Assembly: GCA_963789395.1 (NCBI GenBank)
Contig: CAWBKP010000024.1
Location: forward strand, 32,001 to 96,000
Origin: an uncultured delta proteobacterium
GTDB lineage: Bacteria; Desulfobacterota; Desulfobacteria; Desulfobacterales; Desulfatirhabdiaceae
Length of the DNA: 64,000 nucleotides
Reading direction: 5' to 3'
The position numbers and the translations under genes are program-made. Positions 42,020 to 52,647 of this stretch are shown piece by piece. Within the stretch, counting starts at the first letter, position 1. Each line of letters begins with the position of its first letter. The notes beneath the pieces were generated by a model. It searched no databases. It was not told where the DNA came from and saw only the letters and a list, made by a program, of their open reading frames with translations.

Positions 42020-43315
42020 ATGATCAAACGGTATACCCGCAAACCCATGGGAGACATCTGGACAGAGGAGAATAAATACCGGACCTGGCTGAAAGTGGAA
42101 ATCGCCGCCTGCCAGGCGATGGCGGAAGCCGGGAAAATTCCCCGGAGCGCACTGGAAGTCATTCGGGAAAAAGCCGATTTTTCGGTTGACCGCATCGAAG
42201 CCATTGAGGCTGAAACCCGTCACGATGTGATTGCATTTTTGACCAGTGTGGCGGAATTTGTCGGGCCGGATTCCCGGTATATCCATTTGGGGCTGACATC
42301 TTCGGATGTGCTGGATACGAGTATGGCCTGTCTCTTGAAACATGCCGGTGAAATGATTCTGGAGGACTGTGACCGGCTGCTGTCCGCCATCAAAACCCGC
42401 GCTTTTGAACACAAAGAGACGGTCATGATCGGCAGGTCCCATGGCATTCATGCCGAACCCATTACGTTTGGCCTGAAACTGGCGGTCTGGTACGATGAAA
42501 TGCAGCGCAACCGAAGGCGGATGGAACGGGCGGTTGAAACCATCAGCGTGGGAAAGATTTCCGGGGCCGTGGGTACATTTGCCAATATCTCCCCCCAGGT
42601 GGAAGCCAGGGTCTGCCAGTTACTGGAATTGAAGCCGGCTCCGGCGTCCACCCAGATCATTCAGCGGGACCGGTATGCGGAATATTTTACGACTCTGGCT
42701 GTCATGGCCTCGTCGATTGAAAAAATGGCGGTTGAAATCCGGCATCTTCAGCGTACCGAGGTTCTGGAGGCAGAGGAGTTTTTTTCCAGCGGTCAGAAAG
42801 GCTCTTCGTCCATGCCGCACAAGCGGAATCCCATCGGCTCGGAAAATCTCTGCGGTCTGGCCCGGGTGATCCGGGCCAATGCCCTGGCATCTCTCGAGAA
42901 TGTCGCGCTGTGGCATGAGCGGGACATCAGCCATTCTTCCGTGGAACGGGTGATTGCGCCGGACAGCACTATTTTGATGGATTACATGCTGAACCGGTTA
43001 ACCGGCCTGATCGGTAACCTGCTTGTCTATCCCGAACGCATGAAAGAAAATCTGAACCTGATGAAAGGACTGGTGTTTTCCCAGCAGATCCTGCTTGCCC
43101 TTGCCGAAGCCGGTATCAGCCGTGAAGATGCCTATCAGCTGGTCCAATTTCAGGCCATGAAGGTGTGGCGGGAAAAAGTCGATTTTCAGACGCTGATCCA
43201 GAATGATGCCCGAATTTCCGAGGTGCTCGGTCAGGAAAAGATCAAAGAAATATTTGACCTTAATTATCATTTAAAGTATATCAACGACATTTTTGATCGT
43301 GTATTCGGGTCGTAA
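42020..43315 (+). CDS. purB: Adenylosuccinate lyase
   Basis: HLGLTSSD, GRSHGIHAEP, GSSSMPHKRNP, WHERDISHSSVER. Confidence 0.97.
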   Translation: MIKRYTRKPMGDIWTEENKYRTWLKVEIAACQAMAEAGKIPRSALEVIREKADFSVDRIEAIEAETRHDVIAFLTSVAEFVGPDSRYIHLGLTSSDVLDTSMACLLKHAGEMILEDCDRLLSAIKTRAFEHKETVMIGRSHGIHAEPITFGLKLAVWYDEMQRNRRRMERAVETISVGKISGAVGTFANISPQVEARVCQLLELKPAPASTQIIQRDRYAEYFTTLAVMASSIEKMAVEIRHLQRTEVLEAEEFFSSGQKGSSSMPHKRNPIGSENLCGLARVIRANALASLENVALWHERDISHSSVERVIAPDSTILMDYMLNRLTGLIGNLLVYPERMKENLNLMKGLVFSQQILLALAEAGISREDAYQLVQFQAMKVWREKVDFQTLIQNDARISEVLGQEKIKEIFDLNYHLKYINDIFDRVFGS

Positions 43316-43519
43316 AGTGCATAGATTTATATTTTCCGCATATTCCCTGTTATGGGAATTCGCTTGCCAGGCGTGGTTTCCTGCCTATTGTAGATAATCG
43401 AGCCTATTTCGGAAAAAAATGCTGTTGCACCGAGCACAACGGATATGATGTGGCAGGTGAATTGCGGGTGATGCGTTCCGTCCACGTAGTCGTGTTTGCA
43501 TGGATAACGCGTCTGTTTT

Positions 43520-43546
43520 GAATTTGTTTCGGATTTTGCCTGAACG
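43520..43546. repeat. Short copy of heptamer/TTGCCTGAAC repeat
   Basis: gaatttgtttcg-gattttgcctgaacg equals 24454-24501 minus exactly three heptamers. Confidence 0.6.
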
Positions 43547-43597
43547 CACTTTCTTTCAGGTTTCAATTAAAATCATAAATCATTTGGAGGTTCTATC

Positions 43598-43957
43598 GTG
43601 GTGAATATGGCTTATGCAATGGGTGCGGGTGGGGCTGCCAGTTCGGGGTCAGCCGGTGGATTGGCATCATTTATACCGCTGGTTCTGATGTTTGTTATTT
43701 TTTATTTTCTGCTCATACGTCCCCAACAGAAAAAAACCAAGGAACATCGGGACATGGTTGCCGGCATTAAAAAAGGCGATCGGATCATCACCAGCGGCGG
43801 CATTCACGGCCAGATTACGGCAGTGGATGACACCACCCTGACCGTTGAAATATCGGACAAGGTTCGCGTCAAACTGAACCGGGCCAATGTTGCCGGACTG
43901 GTTCAGACCCAGACACAACCGGTGAAAAAAGCAGTCGAACCCGAAAAAACCAAATAA
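43598..43957 (+). CDS. yajC: Preprotein translocase subunit YajC
   Basis: FYFLLIRPQQKK, GDRIITSGGIHG; upstream of secD. Confidence 0.95.
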   Translation: MVNMAYAMGAGGAASSGSAGGLASFIPLVLMFVIFYFLLIRPQQKKTKEHRDMVAGIKKGDRIITSGGIHGQITAVDDTTLTVEISDKVRVKLNRANVAGLVQTQTQPVKKAVEPEKTK

Positions 43958-44047
43958 CCCTTCAACAGTGAAACACCTTGGCCGGGAAAAAAGCAGTTCT
44001 CAGCTTTGTCGGCAAGGTCCGGTGTGATCAGTGAAAGGATTCGATCA

Positions 44048-45625
44048 TTGAAGAATATTTCATGGAAACTGGTAGCCAGCATCGTGGTTATACTGGTTGC
44101 AGTTGTTTATACCATCCCCACATTCAAGCCCGAGATCTGGCCTCATAAGAAAATCAATCTGGGTCTTGACCTTCAGGGCGGCATGCACCTGGTTCTGGAA
44201 GTTCAGTCTGAAAAAGCCGTGGAAAGCACCATCGAGCGGCTGGCTCAGGACATGCGCATTGCCTTGAAAAAAGATCAGATTCGTGCAACGGGCCTGGATC
44301 AGATTCAGGGCGCTAAAATTTCGCTCCGGATCGAGGGAAAGGATCAAATCGATAAATTTGATAAACTTCTGAATGACTCGTTTAAAGAGCTTAGAATCCA
44401 ATCCCGGAATCTCGATGGAGAGGCCTTGTCCATTTCCCTGGATCTGCCGGATAAGGAAGTTGCGAGAATCAAGAAAATGGCCGTGGAACAGGCCCTTGAA
44501 ACCATCCGGAACCGGATCGACCAGTTCGGAGTAAGCGAACCCGATATCCGGCTTCAGGGGGAAAACCGCCTGCTCATTCAGCTTCCCGGCGTAAAAGATA
44601 CCCAGCGTGCCAAAGACCTCATCGGAAAAACTGCGCTGCTGGAATTTAAGCTCCTGGATGAAACCCACGACGTGGATGCCGCGGTCAAGGGTGTAGTGCC
44701 GCCCGGAACCGAAGTCCTCTATGAAGTCAAGGAAGATCCTCAGACCCGAAGGGCCGTCAAGACGCCTTATCTGTTGATGAAACGGGCAATCCTGACCGGA
44801 TCTTATCTGACCGACGCCAAGGTTCAGATCGATTCCCAGTACAATGAACCCTATGTTTCGATTAAATTTGATAAAAAAGGCGCCCAGCTTTTTGAAAAAA
44901 TCACCGAAGAAAACGTGAAAAAGCGCCTGGCCATTGTTCTGGATCAGAAAGTATATTCGGCGCCCGTGATTCAGGAAAAAATCTCCGGCGGCGAGGCACG
45001 GATCACCGGCCGGTTCTCTTCCGAAGAAGCCCGCGATCTGGCCATTATCCTTCGTGCCGGCGCCTTGCCAGCGCCTGTAAAAATCCTGGAAGAACGCACG
45101 GTCGGGCCGTCCCTGGGAACGGACTCCATCCACCAAGGGCTGATTGCCGGGTTGGTAGGCGGCATTCTTGTCGTTCTGTTCATGGCGATCTATTATAACG
45201 GCTCGGGCCTCATCGCAAATCTGGCCCTGATTTTCAACATCGTCATGATATTCGGCGGACTGGCCGCCTTTCAGGCAACCCTGACCATGCCGGGTATTGC
45301 AGGTATCGTTCTGACCATCGGCATGGCCGTTGATGCCAATGTGCTCGTTTTCGAGCGTATCCGTGAAGAGCTCCGCCGCGGAAAAACGCCGAGGGCCTCG
45401 GTGGAAGCCGGCTTTGAAAATGCTACCTGGACGATTCTGGACGCCAACGTTACCACGCTCATTGCCGCCCTGGTGCTTTTTCAGTTCGGAACCGGACCGG
45501 TCAAGGGATTTGCCGTGACGCTGAGTCTGGGGGTCATATCCAGCGTATTTACCGCCCTGGTCCTGACCCGCGTCATCTTTGATTACCTTGTCGTGCAGCG
45601 AAAAATCAAACAGTTGAGTATCTAA
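44048..45625 (+). CDS. secD: Protein translocase subunit SecD
   Basis: LGLDLQGG, IRNRIDQFGVSEP, LRAGALP, GMAVDANV; AAAGGA RBS before TTG at 44048. Confidence 0.95.
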   Translation: MKNISWKLVASIVVILVAVVYTIPTFKPEIWPHKKINLGLDLQGGMHLVLEVQSEKAVESTIERLAQDMRIALKKDQIRATGLDQIQGAKISLRIEGKDQIDKFDKLLNDSFKELRIQSRNLDGEALSISLDLPDKEVARIKKMAVEQALETIRNRIDQFGVSEPDIRLQGENRLLIQLPGVKDTQRAKDLIGKTALLEFKLLDETHDVDAAVKGVVPPGTEVLYEVKEDPQTRRAVKTPYLLMKRAILTGSYLTDAKVQIDSQYNEPYVSIKFDKKGAQLFEKITEENVKKRLAIVLDQKVYSAPVIQEKISGGEARITGRFSSEEARDLAIILRAGALPAPVKILEERTVGPSLGTDSIHQGLIAGLVGGILVVLFMAIYYNGSGLIANLALIFNIVMIFGGLAAFQATLTMPGIAGIVLTIGMAVDANVLVFERIREELRRGKTPRASVEAGFENATWTILDANVTTLIAALVLFQFGTGPVKGFAVTLSLGVISSVFTALVLTRVIFDYLVVQRKIKQLSI

Positions 45626-45636
45626 AAGGACATTTC

Positions 45637-46678
45637 ATGGAGTTTATCAAACCCAATATCAATATCGATTTTGTCGGCAAACGAAAAATTGCCTACACTG
45701 TATCGTTTTCGATGATTCTGATCAGCATCCTCAGTCTCATTTTCCATGGCGGCCCCAAATACGGCATTGATTTTGTCGGCGGCACAGTCATTCAGGTCAA
45801 GTTTCCGGCCGCGGTCGCCATCAGCGACATCAAGTCAGGCTTGTCGGAAATGGGTCTTGAGAATTCAACGATCCAGACTTTCGGCAAAGAAACCGATCAT
45901 GATTATCTGATCCGCACGGAAGCGCCGCTTCAGACTGATGATAATTTTTCACAGAAAATCAAAGTCCTCTATTCAGAAAACAACGGGCGTCGAACCGGAT
46001 ATCCGCAGGGTGGAAATGGTCGGTCCCCAGGTGGGCAAGGATCTGCAGGAAAAGGCGATGTTCGCCATTTTTTATGCCATGCTCTTTATTGCCATTTATA
46101 TCTCCGGACGGTTTGAATTCAAATGGATGGTTTGTGCGAGCATTGCCGGTGCGCTGATGGGCGGTGTCTATCTGCTGAGCCTGTTGAATATCAGTATGAC
46201 CCTTTTGACCATTCTGGCCCTGATCCTGACCCTGGTGCTGTTCTGGATTTTGAAATTGAAATATGCGATGGGCGCCGTGATTTCCCTGATTCACGACGTG
46301 ATCATCACCATCGGACTCTTTTCGCTCTTTGACAAAGAGTTCTCGCTTCCCATCATTGCAGCGATCCTGTCCATCATGGGCTATTCCTTGAACGATACGA
46401 TCATCGTATTTGACCGGATTCGGGAGAATCTGCGCAAGCACCCGAAAAACCCGTTTATGACGACCATCAACCGGAGTGTAAACGAGACCCTCAGCCGGAC
46501 GATATTGACTTCGTCAACGACGCTGGTTGCCGTGTTGTCCTTGTTTATCCTGGGCGGCGGAATCATCCATGATTTTGCCTTTGCCATGCTGGTGGGAATT
46601 CTTACCGGAACGTATTCTTCGGTGTATGTGGCCAGCCCCATTCTTCTGGCCTGGCAGGATGTCGCAAAAAAGAAGTGA
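45637..46678 (+). CDS. secF: Protein translocase subunit SecF, +1 frameshift near 45963
   Basis: GIDFVGG in the first ORF; VGPQVG, GYSLNDTIIVFDRIREN, GTYSS in the second; removing one A from atc-aaag-tcc joins the frames. Confidence 0.92.
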
Positions 46679-46682
46679 GAGA

Positions 46683-47798
46683 ATGGACGCCTATCTGCCA
46701 TGGTTTATCCTGAAATATGTTCCGGGGATCGGCAATCATCTATACAAACGGCTCATCGAGCGGTTTGGGTCTCCGGAACATGTTTTTGATGCTTCACAGG
46801 ATAAACTTCTTGAAGTAGAAGGCATTACTCCCCGATTGATTGCAGCGCTCCGGCAGGCCAGCCTGCCGGATGAAGCGCAAAAAGATCTGGATCTGGTTGC
46901 GCAGAAAGGCTATCGCATCGTATGTCTGACCGATCCGGTCTATCCCCCCCTGCTGCGGGAAATTCCCGATCCCCCTCCGTTTTTATATGTTTCCGGAACC
47001 CTTGATCCGTCGGCGCACCTGCTGGCCGTCGTGGGCTCTCGAAACGCAACGCCATACGGGGTGACCACAACGCATCGGCTCTGTGCCGATCTGGCGGGAA
47101 AAGGCATGACCATTGTCAGCGGCATGGCAAGGGGAATTGATACGGCGGCCCACGAAGGGGCCTTGATGGGAAAAGGACGGACCATCGCGGTCCTGGGAAG
47201 CGGACTGGAGCAGGTTTATCCGGCTGAAAACCTTCACCTGTTTCATAAAATTATTGAAAATGGCGCCGTAATATCTGAATTTCCGCTGTTCGCACAGCCG
47301 GAAGCTCATCATTTTCCCCAGCGTAACCGCGTCATCAGCGGCATGTCCCTGGGGACCCTTGTGGTTGAGGCAACGCGGAACAGCGGATCTCTGATCACTG
47401 CGCGCCTGGCGGCTGAACAGAATCGGGAAGTATTCGCCATTCCGGGGAGCATTCAATCATTCAAAAGCGCCGGAACCCATGTCCTGATCAAACAGGGCGC
47501 CAAACTCGTGGAGCATGTTCAGGATATTCTGGATGAGCTCAATCTTCAGGATCGGACACCATCCCCTGTCAGCAGTGAGTTCCGTGACAAGGCCCAGGTA
47601 TTGCCGCCGCTTTCTGAAGCGGAAGCGCTTGTCTTTCAGGCCCTGAGTCCGTATCCGGTCCACAGTGACGAGCTGGCCCGCAGGCTTTCACTTGCCTCCG
47701 GAAAACTGATGGCGATTCTGCTTCAGCTTGAAGTCAAGGGACTGGTTCATCAGACGGCAGGCAATTATTTTTCAATAAAGGCTGAAGGTGATAGGTGA
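46683..47798 (+). CDS. dprA: DNA-processing protein DprA/Smf
   Basis: VVGSR, IVSGMARGIDTAAH, FPQRNRVISG, SGSLITA; upstream of topA. Confidence 0.95.
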   Translation: MDAYLPWFILKYVPGIGNHLYKRLIERFGSPEHVFDASQDKLLEVEGITPRLIAALRQASLPDEAQKDLDLVAQKGYRIVCLTDPVYPPLLREIPDPPPFLYVSGTLDPSAHLLAVVGSRNATPYGVTTTHRLCADLAGKGMTIVSGMARGIDTAAHEGALMGKGRTIAVLGSGLEQVYPAENLHLFHKIIENGAVISEFPLFAQPEAHHFPQRNRVISGMSLGTLVVEATRNSGSLITARLAAEQNREVFAIPGSIQSFKSAGTHVLIKQGAKLVEHVQDILDELNLQDRTPSPVSSEFRDKAQVLPPLSEAEALVFQALSPYPVHSDELARRLSLASGKLMAILLQLEVKGLVHQTAGNYFSIKAEGDR

Positions 47799-47865
47799 TG
47801 GGCAATAGCCTATAGCCTTATTGCTTAATAATATTAAACTAACGCATTTTTATAAAGGACGATCT

Positions 47866-50145
47866 GTGTCAAAACCCCTGCTCATTGTCGAGTCGCCGAC
47901 AAAGGTTAAAACCCTTAAAAAATATCTTGGCGAACAGTATGCCATTGCAGCCACAGTCGGCCATATTCGGGATCTGCCGGAAAAAGAGATGGGAATCGAT
48001 GTCGAGGATGGTTTCAAGGCCAAATACAGCACCATTCCGGGCAAACAGAAAGTGATTACGGCATTAAAGCAGGCAGCCGGGGATACCGATCTCGTTTATC
48101 TGGCGCCTGACCCGGATCGCGAAGGTGAGGCTATTGCCTGGCATACTGCCGAGATCCTGAAGAAAAAAGGCAGGAGCTTTCAACGCGTGCTGTTTCATGA
48201 ACTGACCCGAAACGCCATCATCAAGGCCATGGAGTCGCCTATCGCGCTGGATCGTAATAAATTCGAAGCCCAGCAGGCCCGGCGCATCCTGGACCGGCTG
48301 GTCGGCTATCAGATATCCCCGCTGCTCTGGAGAAAGGTCAAAGGAGGTCTCAGCGCAGGCCGCGTGCAGTCGGTTGCGGTCCGGATGATCTGTGAGCGGG
48401 AGCGGGCCATTCAGGCATTTGAAACCGAAGAATACTGGAGTATTACCGCAAGCCTTGAAGGCAGCGCGCCACCGGTGTTTCTGGCCAAGCTGGTCAAAAA
48501 CCTGGGCAAGAAAATCAAGATTCCGGATGAAGCCAATGCCATGCGCATTCGGGATGAGTTGTCCCAGCAAGCCTTTGTGATTGAAAATATCGTCAACAAA
48601 ACCACCAAACGCAATCCGCTGCCGCCCTTCATTACCAGCAAGCTTCAGCAGGAAGCCATTCGAAAGCTCCGGTTCTCCGCCAAAAAAACCATGTCCATCG
48701 CCCAGGAACTCTACGAAGGGATCGAACTGGGTTCGGGCGGGCCGGTCGGGCTCATCACCTATATGCGAACCGACTCCACGCGCATTTCGGCAGAAGCCGC
48801 CGGCGAAGCCCTTGCGCTCATTCAGGAGCGCTTCGGCAAGGACTATGCCCCTTCAAAACCCCGGTTTTTTAAAAATTCCAAAAAAGTTCAGGATGCCCAT
48901 GAAGCCATTCGGCCGGCATCGGTTTTCGTTACGCCGGAAAAAACTGCGCCCTATCTTTCAAAAGACCAGCAGGCGCTTTATACCCTTATCTGGAAACGGT
49001 TTGTTGCATCGCAGATGACCGAAGCCCTAATCGACGGCTGCACCATCACCATTCAGGCCGGTACCTACCAGCTGACCGCCACGGGATCGGTGATAAAATT
49101 TCCCGGATTCATGGCCCTTTACCTGTCCGCGGACGATGAAATGGAAAGTGAATCAAACCCTGCAAAAACACGTCTTCCGGTACTGGCCAATGGTGAGACA
49201 CTCATGCTGAAACAGCTTGAACCCAAGCAGCATTTTACCCAGCCGCCGCCTCGCTTTTCCGAGGCTTCCCTGGTAAAGGCGCTTGAAGAAAACGGTATCG
49301 GACGGCCCAGTACCTATGCCGCGATTCTGACAACGATTCGTGGAAAAGCCTATGTGGAGTTGGTCAAGGGCTTTTTTGTCCCCAGCGAACTGGGGTTTAT
49401 CGTCAATGACCTGATCGTGGCCAGTTTTCCCGAAGTGTTTGATATCGAGTTTACGGCTACGATGGAAGACCATCTGGACCGGATCGAAACGGCCGAAGCC
49501 GCCTCTCTGGATGTATTGACACGGTTTTATGAGCCGTTTAAGCAGCGTCTCGAGACCGCCGCCACGAAGATGATCAGCATGAAGGGAGTCGGCAGTGCAA
49601 CCGATCTGGACTGCCCCCTGTGCAAAACCCGAAAGCTGCATATCAAGATGGGGAAAAATGGTCATTTTCTGGCCTGCAGTGGATATCCGGAGTGTAAATT
49701 CACCAGCAATTACACCCGGGACGAAAAAGGCCGGATACAGACGGTCGAGCCGCCCCCTGAGGCGGCTACCGACCAGGTCTGCGGAAAATGCGGCCAGCCC
49801 ATGGTCATGCGCCAGGGAAAATTCGGCCCATTTCTGGCCTGCAGCGGGTACCCGGATTGCAAGAACACCCAGTCCGTCACGCCGGCAGGCTCTCCCCTGG
49901 AAACCGGTATTTCCTGTCCGGAACCCGGATGCACCGGCAGCATAGTTCAGAAAATGTCCAAACGCGGAAAAGTGTTCTACGGCTGTAACCGATATCCGGA
50001 CTGTGCATTTGCCATGTGGGATCAGCCTGTCAACCAGGAATGCCCGCTCTGTCATGCAAAACTTCTGGTGGAAAAAACATCCAAAAAAGAAGGCACGTTT
50101 TTGTCCTGCCTGAACCAGGACTGCGGGTATAAAAAAACAATCTGA
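47866..50145 (+). CDS. topA: DNA topoisomerase I
   Basis: IVESPTK, DPDREGE, SAGRVQS, LITYMRTD, GIGRPSTY, C-terminal Zn ribbons; GTG start at 47866. Confidence 0.97.
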   Translation: MSKPLLIVESPTKVKTLKKYLGEQYAIAATVGHIRDLPEKEMGIDVEDGFKAKYSTIPGKQKVITALKQAAGDTDLVYLAPDPDREGEAIAWHTAEILKKKGRSFQRVLFHELTRNAIIKAMESPIALDRNKFEAQQARRILDRLVGYQISPLLWRKVKGGLSAGRVQSVAVRMICERERAIQAFETEEYWSITASLEGSAPPVFLAKLVKNLGKKIKIPDEANAMRIRDELSQQAFVIENIVNKTTKRNPLPPFITSKLQQEAIRKLRFSAKKTMSIAQELYEGIELGSGGPVGLITYMRTDSTRISAEAAGEALALIQERFGKDYAPSKPRFFKNSKKVQDAHEAIRPASVFVTPEKTAPYLSKDQQALYTLIWKRFVASQMTEALIDGCTITIQAGTYQLTATGSVIKFPGFMALYLSADDEMESESNPAKTRLPVLANGETLMLKQLEPKQHFTQPPPRFSEASLVKALEENGIGRPSTYAAILTTIRGKAYVELVKGFFVPSELGFIVNDLIVASFPEVFDIEFTATMEDHLDRIETAEAASLDVLTRFYEPFKQRLETAATKMISMKGVGSATDLDCPLCKTRKLHIKMGKNGHFLACSGYPECKFTSNYTRDEKGRIQTVEPPPEAATDQVCGKCGQPMVMRQGKFGPFLACSGYPDCKNTQSVTPAGSPLETGISCPEPGCTGSIVQKMSKRGKVFYGCNRYPDCAFAMWDQPVNQECPLCHAKLLVEKTSKKEGTFLSCLNQDCGYKKTI

Positions 50146-50204
50146 TCATTTCGGTCTCTGATCCCCGAATCCCTGGGACCCCTGTCTAAAAGGAAAACGT
50201 CGGT

Positions 50205-50627
50205 ATGTCTCCGGTTTATCGATATGAATTCACGGTTTCTTCGGAAGTCATTGACGGTAACGGGCATGTGAACAACGTGGCCTATGTCCAGTGGATGCAG
50301 GATGTCGCGGTCCTGCATTCGGACGCATCGGGATGTACGCAAGCTTCCCGGGATGCCGCCGCAACCTGGGTCGTCCGCAAGCATAGCGTCGAGTACCTTC
50401 GGCCTGCCTTTGAAGGCGATCTGGTAACCATCATGACCTGGATAACCAATTTTCGCAGGGCGTTGTCACTTCGCAAATACAAGTTCATCCGGGCGGCCGA
50501 TAATGCGGTTTTGTCCAGGGGGGAGACGGACTGGGTGTTTGTGGATGCACTCACCGGCCGTCCCCGGATTATTCCGCAGGAAGTAAAGAATGCTTTCATC
50601 CTCGTGCCGCAGGACCATGAGCCTTAA
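50205..50627 (+). CDS. Acyl-CoA thioesterase (4HBT/hotdog fold)
   Basis: IDGNGHVNNVAYVQW. Confidence 0.9.
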   Translation: MSPVYRYEFTVSSEVIDGNGHVNNVAYVQWMQDVAVLHSDASGCTQASRDAAATWVVRKHSVEYLRPAFEGDLVTIMTWITNFRRALSLRKYKFIRAADNAVLSRGETDWVFVDALTGRPRIIPQEVKNAFILVPQDHEP

Positions 50628-50814
50628 GGCAAATCACTCTCTTGACGGGGAACGCGGTGCCGCGGCCATTCACCCCATTGCCTTAACGTGTTTTTTCGTT
50701 GGACCGGAGGAAGTTCTGCCCGGGCAGTTACACATTGACAAAGAATATCCGCTGCTATAGATATTCAGCGAGTGAACCGTCGTCAACGCCGTGAATCCGA
50801 TCATCAGGAGGACA

Positions 50815-51513
50815 ATGAACCTTCAGCAATTCCCTTATTCTTCCGATAATTTCAGTTATGTTCTGTATGGAGAAAAATCTGCGCTGGCAATCGATGGCGG
50901 CGCGGTGGACGACATTCTGGACTTTGTTGAAAAAAACAATCTCAAACTCACCCAGGTCACGCATACGCATCTTCATCCGGATCATACCTGCGGAACCGAG
51001 GAGCTGCTGTCCAGATCCGGCGCAGCCCTTCTGGATGGTGCGTTTCTTTCCGCGCATGCACAGATCGAGCTTGACGGGATGACGGCTCGCGTCCATGCGA
51101 CTCCGGGTCACACCGATGATTCGGTTACTTTTCATGTCGGCAACTGCCTGATTACCGGGGATACCCTGTTCAACGGGACCATCGGAAACTGTTTTTCCGG
51201 CGATATCCAGGCGTTTTACAATTCCATCAAGTTTCTGATGGCTTTTCCCGCGGATACGGTCATCTACGCCGGACATGACTATCTGAAATACGCCATGTCA
51301 TTTTCCCGCATCATCGAGCCGGACAATCCGGACATTGACCCGTACCTGAAAGCCTATAACCCGGCCCACGTTTGCTCACGCCTTGGCGACGAACTGAAAG
51401 TGAACCCTTACCTGAGGTTCAATGACAGCAGATTCATTGAAATTCTGAAAAAAAAGAACCTTCCGATATCCACGGAATTTCAGCGGTGGGAATCGGTCAT
51501 GGGTCTGGGATAA
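50815..51513 (+). CDS. Hydroxyacylglutathione hydrolase-like metallo-beta-lactamase
   Basis: DNFSY, THLHPDH, TPGHT, TGDTLF, YAGHDY, ELKVNPYLR; AGGAGG RBS. Confidence 0.85.
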   Translation: MNLQQFPYSSDNFSYVLYGEKSALAIDGGAVDDILDFVEKNNLKLTQVTHTHLHPDHTCGTEELLSRSGAALLDGAFLSAHAQIELDGMTARVHATPGHTDDSVTFHVGNCLITGDTLFNGTIGNCFSGDIQAFYNSIKFLMAFPADTVIYAGHDYLKYAMSFSRIIEPDNPDIDPYLKAYNPAHVCSRLGDELKVNPYLRFNDSRFIEILKKKNLPISTEFQRWESVMGLG

Positions 51514-51560
51514 ACGCTTCAAGTTTATCCCGGGCAGTATTGAAAGGCAACACAGCGCGT

Positions 51561-52016
51561 ATGAGAAGAAAAGACAAGGAAATGACCGATCCGGATGCCA
51601 TCGCAGCCATCATTTGTAAATCGACTGTGTGCCGGTTGGCGATGTCGGATGAAAACCAGCCTTATGTGATACCCATGAGTTTCGGGTACCAGGACGGTGC
51701 CGTTTATTTTCACTGCGCGCCGGAAGGCAGAAAAATCGAGATCCTTCGAAAAAATCCCCGTGTCTGCATTGAGTTCGACGTGGATTGCCGATTAAACGCA
51801 GGCGACAGCCCCTGCAAGTGGGGATTTTCTTTTCAGAGCGCCATTGCGTTCGGCATAGCAGCATTTATAGAGGATCCCGCAGAAAAGCAGGCTGCCCTGG
51901 ATATCATCATGCGGCAATATTCCAGCGATACGTTCACCTATCCGGAATCCGCCGTTGCCAAAATCGCCGTCATCAAGGTCGTTGTTACGGAGCTGACCGG
52001 AAAAGCAGCTGCATAA
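51561..52016 (+). CDS. Pyridoxamine 5'-phosphate oxidase-like (NimA-type) flavin-binding protein
   Basis: MRRKDKE, PYVIPMSFG, YFHCAPEGRK, NPRVC, ELTGK. Confidence 0.88.
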   Translation: MRRKDKEMTDPDAIAAIICKSTVCRLAMSDENQPYVIPMSFGYQDGAVYFHCAPEGRKIEILRKNPRVCIEFDVDCRLNAGDSPCKWGFSFQSAIAFGIAAFIEDPAEKQAALDIIMRQYSSDTFTYPESAVAKIAVIKVVVTELTGKAAA

Positions 52017-52017
52017 T

Positions 52018-52644
52018 ATGGATATTCAGGCAATCGCGCAGAAAATGTTTACCGGCGCGCGCGCCAGCCATGACTGGGATCACACGCTTCGGGTCCTTCG
52101 CCTGTGTGAGCATATCGGTCCTGCGGAACGGGCGGATATGGATGTCCTGAGGGTTGCTGCCGTTCTTCACGACATCGGCCGGCCCCAGCAGGACGCGTGC
52201 CGGGGTTCGGTGTGTCACGCTGCCCATGGCGCGGTGCTGGCCGAGCCGATCGTTGCGATGCTCGCGTTTTCTCCGGAACAAAAAGACAATGTCCTGCATT
52301 GCATCCGGACCCACCGGTTCCGGGGAATGCATGTCCCCGAAACCATCGAGGCCAAAGTCCTTTTTGATGCCGACAAGCTGGATGCCATCGGCGCCATCGG
52401 CATTGCCAGAGCATATCTTTTTGCCGGAGAAATCGGCGCCAGGCTCCACAGTCCCGATATTCCCGCCGAACAAAGCGTCCCGTATTCCATGGACGATACC
52501 GGTTTTCGGGAATATCGCGTCAAGCTTTGTAAAATTAAGGATCGGATGATGACTTCCGAAGGCAAACGCATGGCCGGTGAGCGTCACCAGTTCATGGCCG
52601 CATTTTTTAACCGGTTTTTACAGGAATATCAGGGGGAGATGTAA
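52018..52644 (+). CDS. HD-domain phosphohydrolase
   Basis: HDWDH, LHDIGR, FDADKLDAIGAIGIAR. Confidence 0.9.
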   Translation: MDIQAIAQKMFTGARASHDWDHTLRVLRLCEHIGPAERADMDVLRVAAVLHDIGRPQQDACRGSVCHAAHGAVLAEPIVAMLAFSPEQKDNVLHCIRTHRFRGMHVPETIEAKVLFDADKLDAIGAIGIARAYLFAGEIGARLHSPDIPAEQSVPYSMDDTGFREYRVKLCKIKDRMMTSEGKRMAGERHQFMAAFFNRFLQEYQGEM

Positions 52645-52647
52645 ACG

